A DNA stretch of 63,271 nucleotides, filler included, from Reclinomonas americana ATCC 50394 (lineage: Eukaryota): the NCBI GenBank assembly GCA_048213135.1. It is 8 parts of 5 records of this genome, joined end to end, with 100 filler letters (N's around TTAATTAATTAA, not from the genome) between each part and the next. Parts side by side here need not be neighbours in the genome. Positions count along the whole stretch, not along the records: positions 1 to 9,864 come from PS015608.1; positions 9,965 to 19,034 come from PS015608.1; 6 more parts are not named here. One strand, given 5' to 3'. The notes below the pieces were generated by a model. The model had not been told where the DNA came from, did no database searches, and was given only the letters and a program-made list of their open reading frames with translations. Positions 1 through 11,955 of this stretch are shown in pieces. Numbering within the stretch: the stretch's first letter is position 1; the number at the start of each line of letters is the position of its first letter. Made by a program: the position numbers and the translations under genes.

Positions 1-506
1 TCTGCCAAGTGCTGTGGCTGCTCAAGTACGAGACAACGGCGGGGCTCGGTTTGTTGCACTCATTTGCCTCCCCCGCTCCCCTGTCTGTACATCTCTCTCA
101 CACACATGCTACCTCGACAGGTTGGCTGGCTGCCGGCACTCTGTCTGGCGGCCTCGGTCTGGCGGCGATTGTGTTCTTCACACCCGCCCTCTGCAACGTG
201 CTGCACGACTTTGTGTCGTCAGATGTGGTGTGGTTCTACCTCTCCGATGTCTCCATGGTTCGTGCATCGATGCATCGCACACCTCACCCGTCTCTCCTCC
301 ACTCCTCACATTATTCGCTCGCGCAGATTTGCCTCGCGAAGTACGTGATGGTGTCGCGAGAAGCCGTGGCCAACAAGACCATGGACATCGACGACATGGA
401 GGCGCAGCAGCCGCTCGTGGTGCACCCGTCAATCAACACCACCAGCAGCAGTGGCACTACGACCATCAGCCGCATCTCACCATACGGCAACATGGTGCGG
501 CTGTGA
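1..506 (+). CDS. 3' part of a multi-pass membrane protein of unknown family (5' end outside window; 2 introns)
   Basis: Hydrophobic segments (WLAAGTLSGGLGLAAIVFF, VVWFYLSDVSM-ICLAKYVMV) are interrupted by two GT..CAG introns; stop at 504-506. Confidence 0.5.
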   Translation, partial: CQVLWLLKYETTAGLGLLHSFASPAPLSVHLSHTHATSTGWLAAGTLSGGLGLAAIVFFTPALCNVLHDFVSSDVVWFYLSDVSMVRASMHRTPHPSLLHSSHYSLAQICLAKYVMVSREAVANKTMDIDDMEAQQPLVVHPSINTTSSSGTTTISRISPYGNMVRL

Positions 507-623
507 GCACACTCCAGGCCATTTTCTCTCTCTCTCTCTTTGCCAATTACCCCGCTTTCCCCTGTCGTGTTTTTTCTTTTCCGCTCCTTGTAATTCAGTC
601 GTCTTTTCTCACATGCCATACGT

Positions 624-1292
624 CTATGATGCGGGTCGCTTCTGCTCTTGCTTGTTGTCTGCGCCGTCGCTCTTGAACTGCGACAATCGCGCGTGAGAGA
701 GAGATGCACAAAGAGGAGAGACACCACCAGGGACGCAACAAAGCCCAGCACTCGTCGCCGCCTCTCCGGTGCATTCTCCTGCACCTTGTCGACGAGCTCC
801 CGCGGCTGCGCAGTCACCAAACAATCGTCAGTCCCTTTACAACACACACTAAGCAAGGAAGCAAACCGCAACAGTCTTGACGCCCATGGCGACACCGACC
901 GCCACTGCCCCCGCCGCAAACACCGCTGCACACAAGGCCGTCGCCCGCCACAGCGTCTGCCACGCGAGTTGTCGCGCCTCCTTGCGCCTCCGCTCCATCT
1001 CCTCCACACCGCCGAAATCGTGATCATACCCGCCTCCGCCACTGCTGTCATCGTCGGCATTGCCACGGAGAAGACCACCGGCCCATGCGCGATTGGCGGC
1101 CGAGTCGGGCGCGCTGGACTGTCGCAGAGCGTGGGCCAGGGTGCTGCGTGCAAAGTCGTCGTTCACAGGTTGACCGCTGGACAAGTGCAGGTCGACCTCC
1201 TTCTGCTGTTGCTGGTGCTGTTGCGTGGTGAATGCTCGGTGCAGCAGTGCTGGTCTGGGGGTACGAAGCAGTTGGCGCACGATGAGCAACAT
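624..1292 (-). CDS. Mitochondrial inner-membrane protein, TMEM242/AIM11-like; exons 1292-873, 805-740, 677-624
   Basis: N-terminus is Arg-rich and acid-free (MLLIVRQLLRTPRPALLHRAF), like a presequence. The spliced core LAWQTLWRATALCAAVFAAGAVAVGVAMGVKT-PRELVDKVQENAP resembles the TMEM242 family TM motif as I recall it. Both introns keep frame using T|GTTGCG donors. Confidence 0.55.
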
Positions 1293-1480
1293 GATGGTGA
1301 ATTTCCGATGACGAGGACGATGTCCTTCTTCTCCTCTCAACGACACATCGCATAGTGCGTACACTTCCTCGTCTAGAGAGAGAGAGAGAAAGAGAAACAG
1401 CGAACTTTTTTGTTTGCAGAATCGCGTGGCCAGACGCTGTCGACGTCGAGGGCCAGCGCGCGATCGCTGGGCATTTGGTG

Positions 1481-1567
1481 CTATCTCATGGGGAATGCGA
1501 TGTCTGTCACACGCCGCGACTCGAGTTGCAGTGGATATCGCTGCTGCTGCTGTAGTTGCAGTTGTTG

Positions 1568-1607
<40 letters not shown>

Positions 1608-4600
1608 AATTGCTGCTGTTGCGCAAAGAACGGATGTTGACGGCGCAGCAGAACAAAGCCGCCGTTGGGTGGTGGTGAGAAGAGCACGGGCGGCAGCACC
1701 TGCGGCTCGCCATTGACAAAGGCTGTGCTCACGGTGGTGAGTAAGCTGGCGGCGCAAGAAAACATGATAAAAGCAAAACTTACGCAACTGCTCGGCACCA
1801 CATCCAGTGGCACCACGGAGCCGGGCGAGCTGGGGACGAGTTCCGCACTCAGCTTATTCCTGTTTGTCGCACGCTGACAGCGTGCACAGCAGCACCAGCC
1901 CAGCAGGATCGCGGTGGCGACGAGTGCGGTGCCGCCGGCGGCCACCAACAGCCACACCCACCAGGGCAGGCCGGAGGACGAGGTGCGACTTGCGCTGTCG
2001 GGCGCATCGCCCGTGGTGGACACGCGCAGATTGGCCGACGGAATCGACTGGCCGAACGAGTTCACAGCGCGCACATTGACAATGTATGGCGTGCCCGGCT
2101 GCAGGCCGCTCTGCGTGTACGTGTAGGCGGAGCGTGCGGCAGAGGAGACGTCGGAGGCGTTCTTGAAGCCCACAATCGGCCGGCCGCCATTCTCCGGAAA
2201 CACCTGGATCTGGTAGCTGGTGATGGCCGCCAGTCCGCCATACGCTGGCGTCGAAAAGTTAATGGTCAACGAGGTGTCGGTGACGGTGCTGCGCGTTGGC
2301 GCCGTCGGTGCTGCCGCCTGACCCGTCTGCGTCGTACTGCCCTGCGTCGGCGTGCCCACATTGCTGTTGGCGGTGCCTTGCGAGCCCTGCCCGAGACCGA
2401 CGGCGTTGCTGGCTACCAGGACGAGGCGGTAGCGCGACGTGGGCTTGATGGTGAACATTAGTTGCGTGCACAGGCCGTACACAGTCGGCACGGTGCCTGT
2501 GGTGCTCGTGCTGCCGACCACGGCCGTGTTGAGTCGCAGGCCGTCGGCCGCGCTCGGGTTGCCGGTCGACGGCAGGAATCGCGTGGTCCACTGCCAGTAG
2601 ACCACGTAAAACACCGTGGCGGTGCGTGAGCCGACACCCAGCGCAGACCACGACAAGCGGTACTCGTTGGCCGCGTAAAAGTCGATGGACGGCGGCGCCG
2701 CGGGTGGAACCAGGTCGGCGAGCAGCAGCGGCGACGCCTGCACATAGACGGACCGCGAAATGGCGCTCGTGCCAATCGAGTTGGTGGCCGTCAGATAGAA
2801 GCGGTAAAAGTTGCCGCTGAGCACCGTAACCGTCGTCGTCGAGTCGGAGACCTTCAATGTCGCTGCCGGCTGCGTCGGGGAGATGGCGGACTCGCCGACA
2901 AGCACCTGCTCGACAATGGGTGTCGAGCCGCCAGTGGCCGTCGACCACGAAAGAGTAATGGCGCTGCCGGTGTTGCTCACCACGAACAAGTTGGTGGGAT
3001 CGTTGGGCACTTGGCCCGTCAACACGTTGTTGTTGCTGAGGCCGTTGTTGGCGCTGCCGTCCACGAACGACGCCTGCACTGTCGACTGTCCCACATCGTT
3101 AATGCCGCGCACGTCGACAAAGTAGGTGTTGGCGTCGGCGAGGCCTCGAATCACCGCCTGCTGCACCGAGGTGATGTTCTGCGCCAGCGTGCTGGCAGCC
3201 AGAGGCCGCCATACCACCAGCCACTGCGTAACGAATCCCTGCCCGCCCGTCTCCAGCGGCTGGCCCCACGTGAGCCAGATGGAGGTCGATCGTTTCAGCA
3301 GCAAGTTGGACGACAGCGATGTGATGCCGCCGGGCCGCACGGCCGCCGACGCCGTGGTGATGGTGATCACGCTTGCCGACAGGGCAGTCTGGTAGCCGTT
3401 GAACGAGGCCACGCCGACGCGATACTTGGTGTTGGCGTTCAGGCCGTTGACGGAGAGCGTCGAGGTGGAGGAACCGAGCGAGCCTTTGAACTGCGTAACA
3501 AACGTGTCGGGCACAAACGTTGTCGAAGTGGAGGTGGCATTGGTCAGGCCTTGCACCAGCAGCTGCACGCCAACAAACTGCAGGTCGCCATCGGAGGTGG
3601 CCAGCGACGCCTGTGTGCCAATGGCCGTCGAGGGCGTGGAGAGTGTGAAAGTCGCGTAGCCGGCACCCACTGTGCCTGCGGCGCCTCCGGTGGAGATGGC
3701 CGGCAGCGGGTACGGCCGCACCACTGCATTGACAATCTGCAGCGTGGTACTTGATCCGGGACCACTCTGCGTCGACAGCACATCCTGGTCCGTGCGCACA
3801 TTCGTCGCCTGCACGGCGTACGTGTACGACTTGCCGGGGACCGTGGAAAACGTATAATTCGTCACCACCGAGGTCCACGTGAACAGGCGACTGCAGCCGT
3901 TGGTGGTCTGGCTGACGATGTAGCCCGAGATGGCAGAGCCGCCGACTCCGACCGGCGCCGCCCACGACACATTGGTCACCACGTCCTGGTAGAAATTGCC
4001 GGCAAACCCGACGCCACCACCATTCGGCACCCCGCCCTGCGAGTTCCGCACACCGCCCACCACCGTCGGCGCTGCCGGAGCAGTTGGTAGATCGTCTGCG
4101 CACATGGGATGGGGTAAGTATAAACACGGGCCAATGCTTTCAGTGCAGTGTCTCCTGCCCCGTTACACGTAACTCGTGGTGTGTGTGGTGAGGCTGAGGT
4201 TGGCGGACGCCACCGAGTTGCCGGAGCTGCTGGTGGCAAACACGCTGTACGCGTAAAACGTGCTGGGCGTGAGGTTGGTGTCCTGAAACGACACCGCGTC
4301 GCCACTCGTCGGTATTGGAACGGTGGTGTACAGCGTACGAAGGGCGGTACCGATCCCGCGGAACACAGAGAAGCCACTCACAGGATTCGAGCCGAAGCTC
4401 TGCGCAATCGTCCACGTGAAACTGATGGTGGTGGTCGTGTACTGCGTCAGCGTGATGTCTGGCGGCGTGGCCGGAATAACTCCAGCCATCACAGGCGTCG
4501 TGATCCCCACGGCGACACTGAACTGACACGTCACCGGACTGGAGGCAGTACCGGCCGGGTTGAAGGGCGACGAGGAAGGAAAGGCGATCGAAAACTGGTT

Positions 4601-7600
4601 GCTGGCGCACACTTGCAGCGAGACAAACGTGTTGACCGGCAGCCCGCTGACATCGACAAAGTACGAGGTCAAGTTGCCGTTCCACCCGACAGTGCCACTG
4701 CCGCCATTGACGGGCGGGATAAAGGTCGAATCCAACGCCACGGCGGCCGTGGTGGTGACCGTCGACACAAACGTGGCTCGGTTGATGGAGTAGACGACGC
4801 GGAAGGGCGACAAACTCGGATGTGCGGTCGTGACATTGCTCTGGGAGGCGTTGGAGGTGGCCAGGTTGTCGCCGCCCACATTCACCGGTGTGCTGAAAGT
4901 GAGTCGCAAGCCCGACGAGAACAGACGCGACATGGTCACGTTGGTCGGGGCGGCCGGCACATCGCCATTTTTCTCCGTGTTGACAAAGGCCGTCGCTGAG
5001 CTCGTGGACACCAGCGAATTGAAGGTCGCCTTGACGCGCACCGAGTATGCCGTGTCGGCCGTGAGGCTCACACTGCTGGTGGTGCTGCCACTTGTGGTCG
5101 TGAAGCCAGTGATTTGCTGATAAAAGCCGGTGGCCAGCGGAAACAGACCGTAGAATGAGGTGAAGACGGAGCCGTTGCTGACTGTGGAGCCAAGCACGGC
5201 CGGCTGCTCTGTACCACTGCCAATGGCCACCGTGAAGGCAAAGGAGAAGCTCGAGGTGCCGCCACCGGCAGTTCCGCCCCACACGTTGGGGAGGGCGAAG
5301 GCCACCACAAACGACGTGGAGGTGATCTGGTCCACCATGGGTAGTGTGGCGGCCGACGGCACCGTCTTGTTGGCGACGGCCATGGTGACCACCACGGTCG
5401 ACGAGTAGGCGAGGAAGCCGCCGAGAAATCCCGCATTGCCCGTGCCGTTGTTGTAGGCGACCTTGACGACGCACGAGCTGCCGGTGACGCCCATGATCTT
5501 GGCCAGCACACGATTGCGGGTGATGCTGGCGCTGGCGGTGGCCGTCGACACGCCCAGGTCGTTGAGATCGCTCACCGTTGGCACCGTCGCCGTGCCTCCA
5601 TCGCACGTGCTCAGCACAAACCACGACGGATTGACGGCGACACCCACATTGCCGGCGGGCGCCTCCCATTCCAGCACAAACGCCGAGTTGGTAATGTAGC
5701 GCACAGTGCTCGACAGCGTTGGCGCCGTCGGCGACACAATGGCGGTGGCCGGCGCGTCGCTGGTGGTGAACGAGCCGGTCCACGCACTCTGCGACCGATT
5801 CACTTGCGTGTTCGTGTACACCGACACGGTGTACGGGGTGAGAGAGTTGAGGGCGCCGAGAGTAATGGAGCGCCACGACCCCATAAAAGTCTCCGAGAGC
5901 GTCACTGTGGTGCCGTTGTTGGGTGTGCCGACGGCGAAGGCTCGCTGCGAGTTGCCTTGCGTCGTCAGCACCAGAAAGGCGGCAAATGTCGCGCTCGTCG
6001 CTCCCACATCTTGCGTGCTCAGGTTGCCCTGACCGACCACGCTTGTCGGCAGCTGCACCCAGACAACCGCCGACAAGTTGGTCACGTAATAAATCGCATT
6101 GGTCGACTGTGTGACCACATCCGGTCGATTGGTGGCGGTGTAGGCACTCAGTGACGACACAGTGGCGACCGTAGTGGGAGAGTTCTGTCCGTTCGGCAAC
6201 GTCACAGTGGCGCCCATGGTGTAAAAGCGACCGGGAGAGAGCGTCGACAGCGTGCACAGAAACGCATCGTTGTGCAGACCAGCGGGCTGGAACAGCACGT
6301 TGCAGGAGACGGAGGGTGTCACCGCCGTGCCACGTAGCGTCAGCGTAAATGTCGGCGAGGGCGTAACCGCGGCGGCTGTCAGCGATGCGCCCGACGACAA
6401 AATCGCAAAATTGTTGGCGCTGTACGTCGCTTGCGCCACTGTCAGCGTCAGCGCAATGGTCGCCGTGGTATCGGTCAAATCCACCAGCGCAACCGACGCT
6501 AGTGCGCCACCGGCAGCTGCCGGTGCCGCAATGACATCGGCACCGGTGTTCGGCGCCGCACCGTTCCGACTGCAACAGTAGATCACCAGCGGCGGCTGAC
6601 CGCTGAGACTGGTGATGCTGACGCCGACAGTGTTGAGTGTGCCGAGGGTAATGGCACCGATGGTCGGCAACCGCGTGCACGTGTTCGTCGCCCACGTCAG
6701 CGTGAGACCGACGGCACTGGTGTAGCCCTGGCCGGCCGACACGACCGTGACCGCCGTCCCGTTTACCACATTGCCGGCGCCATCGGCCAGCACCGTGGCC
6801 GCGGCACCTGCGCCGCCATTGCCGTTGATGCTGAAGGAGAGTAGCGTGTTCGCGCCGCAGCCGGCACCCGTGGCGCCCGCCGTGACACCGATCGCCGTCA
6901 CAGATGTGGTGGCGGCCAGTGAACCGAGTCGCACGGCCACGGTAAATGTCAGGGAAGTGGGAACGGCGGCCTGCATGAACGGGAAGAGAAAGAGAATTGA
7001 GGGCAATGCTCCATGAATCAGTGATGCGCAGCGGTGTGACGAAGCAACGAACCGATGATGTGGGGTTGAGATAAACTGCGTCGGCCGTGGGCACGGCAAA
7101 CTTCGAGGCAAGCGCCGACGAGCCCGACATCATGCTGATCGCTGCAAAAGACGGAAACCCGGCCGTGACAGAGGCGGCAACCTTGCCGTTGTTGACTGGT
7201 CGACCGGGGCAGAAGACGATAAAGTCGACACCGACTGTGAGGAGACCATTCGCTGATGTGCCGCCAATCACACTTTTGCCGTCGCGACCGTAAAACACCG
7301 GCAGAGTTGGCGTGTTGATGACGCTGTTGTCGGCGACCTGCGCCGCCAGGGCCGTGGCCGTGAGGCCGGCCGCATTGGAGACCAGCACACCGGGACGCGT
7401 GGAGACAAGGAAGGAGAGAATGCCGGCGACCACCAGCGACCCGCTCACATCGGTGGCAGCCATGTTCAGCGACCCCGTTCCGCCACTGCCATTGGCGGCA
7501 AACGAGTACGGCGTCACCGCAAATCCGTCGGTGCCGATGTCCGTCGGCGCACCGTTGATACTGTAGGAGCACGAAGTGGAGGTGACGGCCACGGAGGCCC

Positions 7601-8414
7601 AACACGACAGAACGGTAATGCTCGGCGCCCACTGTGGCGTGGAGCCAGTGGACAGAGTGAGGAGCACCTGTCCGCCGACCGTGGTCGCCGGCGAGCCAGC
7701 GGTCGCCAGCTGCCGCCACGATTGCACACCTTCACCCACGGCACTCACGGCCTGCACGCGCACCAAGTACGACGGCGCGGTGAGTCCCTTCAGTAGCGAT
7801 CTCCCTCCACTCACTCGCCCGACACTTGTGACCACCACCGTCACTGCAGAGGGCGCGGAAAACACCGTCGACACCGTCGTTCCAGTATTGTCGGTGGCAG
7901 GGGCGGCCTCCACACGAAACTCAGACAGCGCAGCACCCGTGCGTTGCGGTGCATCCCACGAGATGAGACCGCCATTGGTGGCCACAGTGACCACCGTCAG
8001 ATTCGCATTCTGAATCGCGTCGGGCGTCTGCTTCCCATTTGTCGTCGTCACACTCAGCGCGGCGGACCACAGGCCGAATCCCCATTCGCCGACGGCGCGC
8101 ACGCGAACCGAGTACGCCGTATTCGGCTGCAGCAGACCACTGGCAGAGTCGGCGCCCGTCCCGTTGACGACGCACGAGACGGTGGTGAATGGCAGGGGTG
8201 GCGAGGTGAACGGCACCGCGACCTGGCCCGCGTCGTCAAAAAAGGTCACCGCAGTCCACCCGCCGGCTTGCGTCTTGACTAGGGAGGGAAACGGAGAGGG
8301 AGTGAGAAGAGAAAGAAGGAGAAGGAGAGGGAGAAGGAGAGGGAGAAGGATGGAGAGAGGGGAGAGGGAGGCAAACAGATAGGCAGACACACTGACAGAC
8401 GAACAATCAGCGAC

Positions 8415-8459
<45 letters not shown>

Positions 8460-9320
8460 ACAGACGAAGAAATGTATTAGTAAGTTTACTCGACAACTCT
8501 GCNNNNNNNNNNNNNNNNNNNNNNNNNNNNNNNNNNNNNNNNNNNNNNNNNNNNNNNNNNNNNNNNNNNNNNNNNNNNNNNNNNNNNNNNNNNNNNNNNN
8601 NNNNNNNNNNNNNNNNNNNNNNNNNNNNNNNNNNNNNNNNNNNNNNNNNNNNNNNNNNNNNNNNNNNNNNNNNNNNNNNNNNNNNNNNNNNNNNNNNNNN
8701 NNNNNNNNNNNNNNNNNNNNNNNNNNNNNNNNNNNNNNNNNNNNNNNNNNNNNNNNNNNNNNNNNNNNNNNNNNNNNNNNNNNNNNNNNNNNNNNNNNNN
8801 NNNNNNNNNNNNNNNNNNNNNNNNNNNNNNNNNNNNNNNNNNNNNNNNNNNNNNNNNNNNNNNNNNNNNNNNNNNNNNNNNNNNNNNNNNNNNNNNNNNN
8901 NNNNNNNNNNNNNNNNNNNNNNNNNNNNNNNNNNNNNNNNNNNNNNNNNNNNNNNNNNNNNNNNNNNNNNNNNNNNNNNNNNNNNNNNNNNNNNNNNNNN
9001 NNNNNNNNNNNNNNNNNNNNNNNNNNNNNNNNNNNNNNNNNNNNNNNNNNNNNNNNNNNNNNNNNNNNNNNNNNNNNNNNNNNNNNNNNNNNNNNNNNNN
9101 NNNNNNNNNNNNNNNNNNNNNNNNNNNNNNNNNNNNNNNNNNNNNNNNNNNNNNNNNNNNNNNNNNNNNNNNNNNNNNNNNNNNNNNNNNNNNNNNNNNN
9201 NNNNNNNNNNNNNNNNNNNNNNNNNNNNNNNNNNNNNNNNNNNNNNNNNNNNNNNNNNNNNNNNNNNNNNNNNNNNNNNNNNNNNNNNNNNNNNNNNNNN
9301 NNNNNNNNNNNNNNNNNNNN

Positions 9321-9368
<48 letters not shown>

Positions 9369-9782
9369 AACAGCGAGAAATGATTGAAGTTTATCGCAAC
9401 TCTGCACTTGAAAGTATGGCGACTGCAGCTGCACGCGACGAATATCGGTGCCGGTCTGGCCGAGTTGCGTCGGCGGCGTAAACGACAGCACAAATGAGGT
9501 GGCGGCCATGTACCTCGCCGTCAGGCTAGTTGGCTGCCGAGGAGTGCCTGACACCGGCACCGACACCACCAGCGGTTGCGAGCGCACACCTTCCCCGTAC
9601 GCATTGACAGAGAACACCTGGACGAAACACATACGCTGGTGAGAGGCAACACCTAAGAGAGCGGGTGCATGTCACTTGATTGTGCGCACCGTGATCGAGT
9701 ACTGCACGCCCTGCTGTATGTTCTGATCGAATGAGCGTAGCACCAGGCCGTAGCACAGACTAAAGCCTGTCACTGAGGTGCA
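1481..9782 (-). CDS. Giant type-I membrane protein with multiple fibronectin type III domains (>2,200 aa, 5'-truncated); exons 9782-9690, 9617-9401, 8278-7053, 6970-4174, 4095-1789, 1722-1481
   Basis: Repeated FN3 signatures (LQPNTAYSVRVRAV, LTPSTFYAYSVFA, GLQPGTPYIVNVRAVNSFG), a single TM helix WWVWLLVAAGGTALVATAILLGW, a juxtamembrane CCCARC cluster and a polyQ tail. Splice phases are consistent. Confidence 0.85.
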
Positions 9783-10057
9783 CTGTCGAGGGGAGGGCGA
9801 GGAGCAATGAGCAGGGAGGGGGAAGAGAGGGAGGAGAAAGGGAGAAGGGAGGGAGAAGGGAGGGNNNNNNNNNNNNNNNNNNNNNNNNNNNNNNNNNNNN
9901 NNNNNNNNTTAATTAATTAANNNNNNNNNNNNNNNNNNNNNNNNNNNNNNNNNNNNNNNNNNNNTGTGAAGATGCACTGCGACAGTTGGTCATGCAAATC
10001 GGAGTCTCTACTTACATTTCGCGACTTGCGCAAGACACAACTTTTGCCCCACACTCG

Positions 10058-10144
10058 GGTTAAGGGTCAAGGGCCCAGGAAGCCAACGGTCAAGAGCAAA
10101 GGGTCAAGGGTAGGGGCCCCCGGGTTAAGGGTCAAGGGTCAAGG
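10058..10144 (+). repeat. Degenerate T(T/C)AAGGG heptamer repeats, telomere-like
   Basis: gggttaagggtcaaggg, aagggtcaagggtagggg, gggttaagggtcaagggtcaagg. Confidence 0.5.
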
Positions 10145-11020
10145 AGCTGCATCCTGTCACATTCACCGTCGGGTCAAAACTAANNNNNNNNNNNNNNNNN
10201 NNNNNNNNNNNNNNNNNNNNNNNNNNNNNNNNNNNNNNNNNNNNNNNNNNNNNNNNNNNNNNNNNNNNNNNNNNNNNNNNNNNNNNNNNNNNNNNNNNNN
10301 NNNNNNNNNNNNNNNNNNNNNNNNNNNNNNNNNNNNNNNNNNNNNNNNNNNNNNNNNNNNNNNNNNNNNNNNNNNNNNNNNNNNNNNNNNNNNNNNNNNN
10401 NNNNNNNNNNNNNNNNNNNNNNNNNNNNNNNNNNNNNNNNNNNNNNNNNNNNNNNNNNNNNNNNNNNNNNNNNNNNNNNNNNNNNNNNNNNNNNNNNNNN
10501 NNNNNNNNNNNNNNNNNNNNNNNNNNNNNNNNNNNNNNNNNNNNNNNNNNNNNNNNNNNNNNNNNNNNNNNNNNNNNNNNNNNNNNNNNNNNNNNNNNNN
10601 NNNNNNNNNNNNNNNNNNNNNNNNNNNNNNNNNNNNNNNNNNNNNNNNNNNNNNNNNNNNNNNNNNNNNNNNNNNNNNNNNNNNNNNNNNNNNNNNNNNN
10701 NNNNNNNNNNNNNNNNNNNNNNNNNNNNNNNNNNNNNNNNNNNNNNNNNNNNNNNNNNNNNNNNNNNNNNNNNNNNNNNNNNNNNNNNNNNNNNNNNNNN
10801 NNNNNNNNNNNNNNNNNNNNNNNNNNNNNNNNNNNNNNNNNNNNNNNNNNNNNNNNNNNNNNNNNNNNNNNNNNNNNNNNNNNNNNNNNNNNNNNNNNNN
10901 NNNNNNNNNNNNNNNNNNNNNNNNNNNNNNNNNNNNNNNNNNNNNNNNNNNNNNNNNNNNNNNNNNNNNNNNNNNNNNNNNNNNNNNNNNNNNNNNNNNN
11001 NNNNNNNNNNNNNNNNNNNN

Positions 11021-11489
11021 NTCTAGATACAATGTGCTGCCCATCGGGAGTGACAGCGACGGAGAAGACGGGCTTGGAGTGGCCCGTCAGGCACTCCACC
11101 TCGTCACCAGTGGCCAACAGCCACACACGCACAGTCTTATCCTGACTGCCACTCACGACGAGCTCGCCCGAGGGAGCAAAGGCGACTGTCAGCACACCAC
11201 TCGAGTGACCGTGCAGCTGCAGCGCTTCCTCTCCACTCTCCATTGACCACACGCGCACGGTCTTGTCCAAGCTGCCGCTCACAATGTGGTCGCCAGTGGG
11301 AGAGAAGGCGACGGAGAGCACTGTGCCCTCGTGGCCCTCAAAATGCCGAGCATCCTTGTAATTGGCGAGTGTCCACACGCGCACAGTCTTGTCCTCGCCG
11401 CTGCTGACAGCGTGCAGGCCGTCGGGAGCAACGGCCACAGAAGAGACGCGACCGTATTCGTCGTACACGTGGCTCAAGAACACAGACAT
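11021..11489 (-). CDS. WD40-repeat protein, 5' part (3' end lost in gap); related to the 50.8-58.5 kb family
   Basis: Repeats of GH..V.SVA..PDG..VSGS.DKTVRVW; ATG at 11489. Confidence 0.85.
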
Positions 11490-11955
11490 GTTGAGTGAAA
11501 GAAACAAATGCTGCAATTTGCATAAATACCATCGACGTCGAGTGCATTCCCCGTCGACCATTGAGCCCGTCATCCGGATCCAACGAGCCTAACAGGGCTC
11601 GCAGCAGGTAGTCTCTCGCACAGCAGACAAGCTTGCAAGACGAATTCGAAAAAACGTCGCAGAACAATTGCACGTCGGCATGAATATTCTCTGTTCGCGC
11701 AATCACACACCAGCGACTTTCACTCCCTCCTCTCGCTCGCAATATACATGCGCAGGCAGTGGCATACTACACTCGCACGCACGCAACACCGCATGTCCCA
11801 CCTCGATATCTCGCAGTAATTTCGACGACTTCTCACGCACCAATCAATTTGCAATCCGCAACCGCAATGTCACAACAGCCCACTGGCAAGTCCCTCTTCT
11901 TCTCACCACTCTCCTCTCACTCTCTCACTCACTCTCCCTCACACACACACAGACG

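Noticed and set aside
8420..9405. Apparent duplication of an FN3-gene exon/intron boundary on both sides of the gap
   Set aside because: 8455-8502 is an insertion-riddled copy of 9365-9405, typical of a low-quality read end; the gap is probably a false overlap.
4140..9632. The 1830-aa ORF and the many long overlapping or antisense ORFs
   Set aside because: Artefacts of N runs and high GC; the real frame changes at introns 7052-6971 and 4173-4096.
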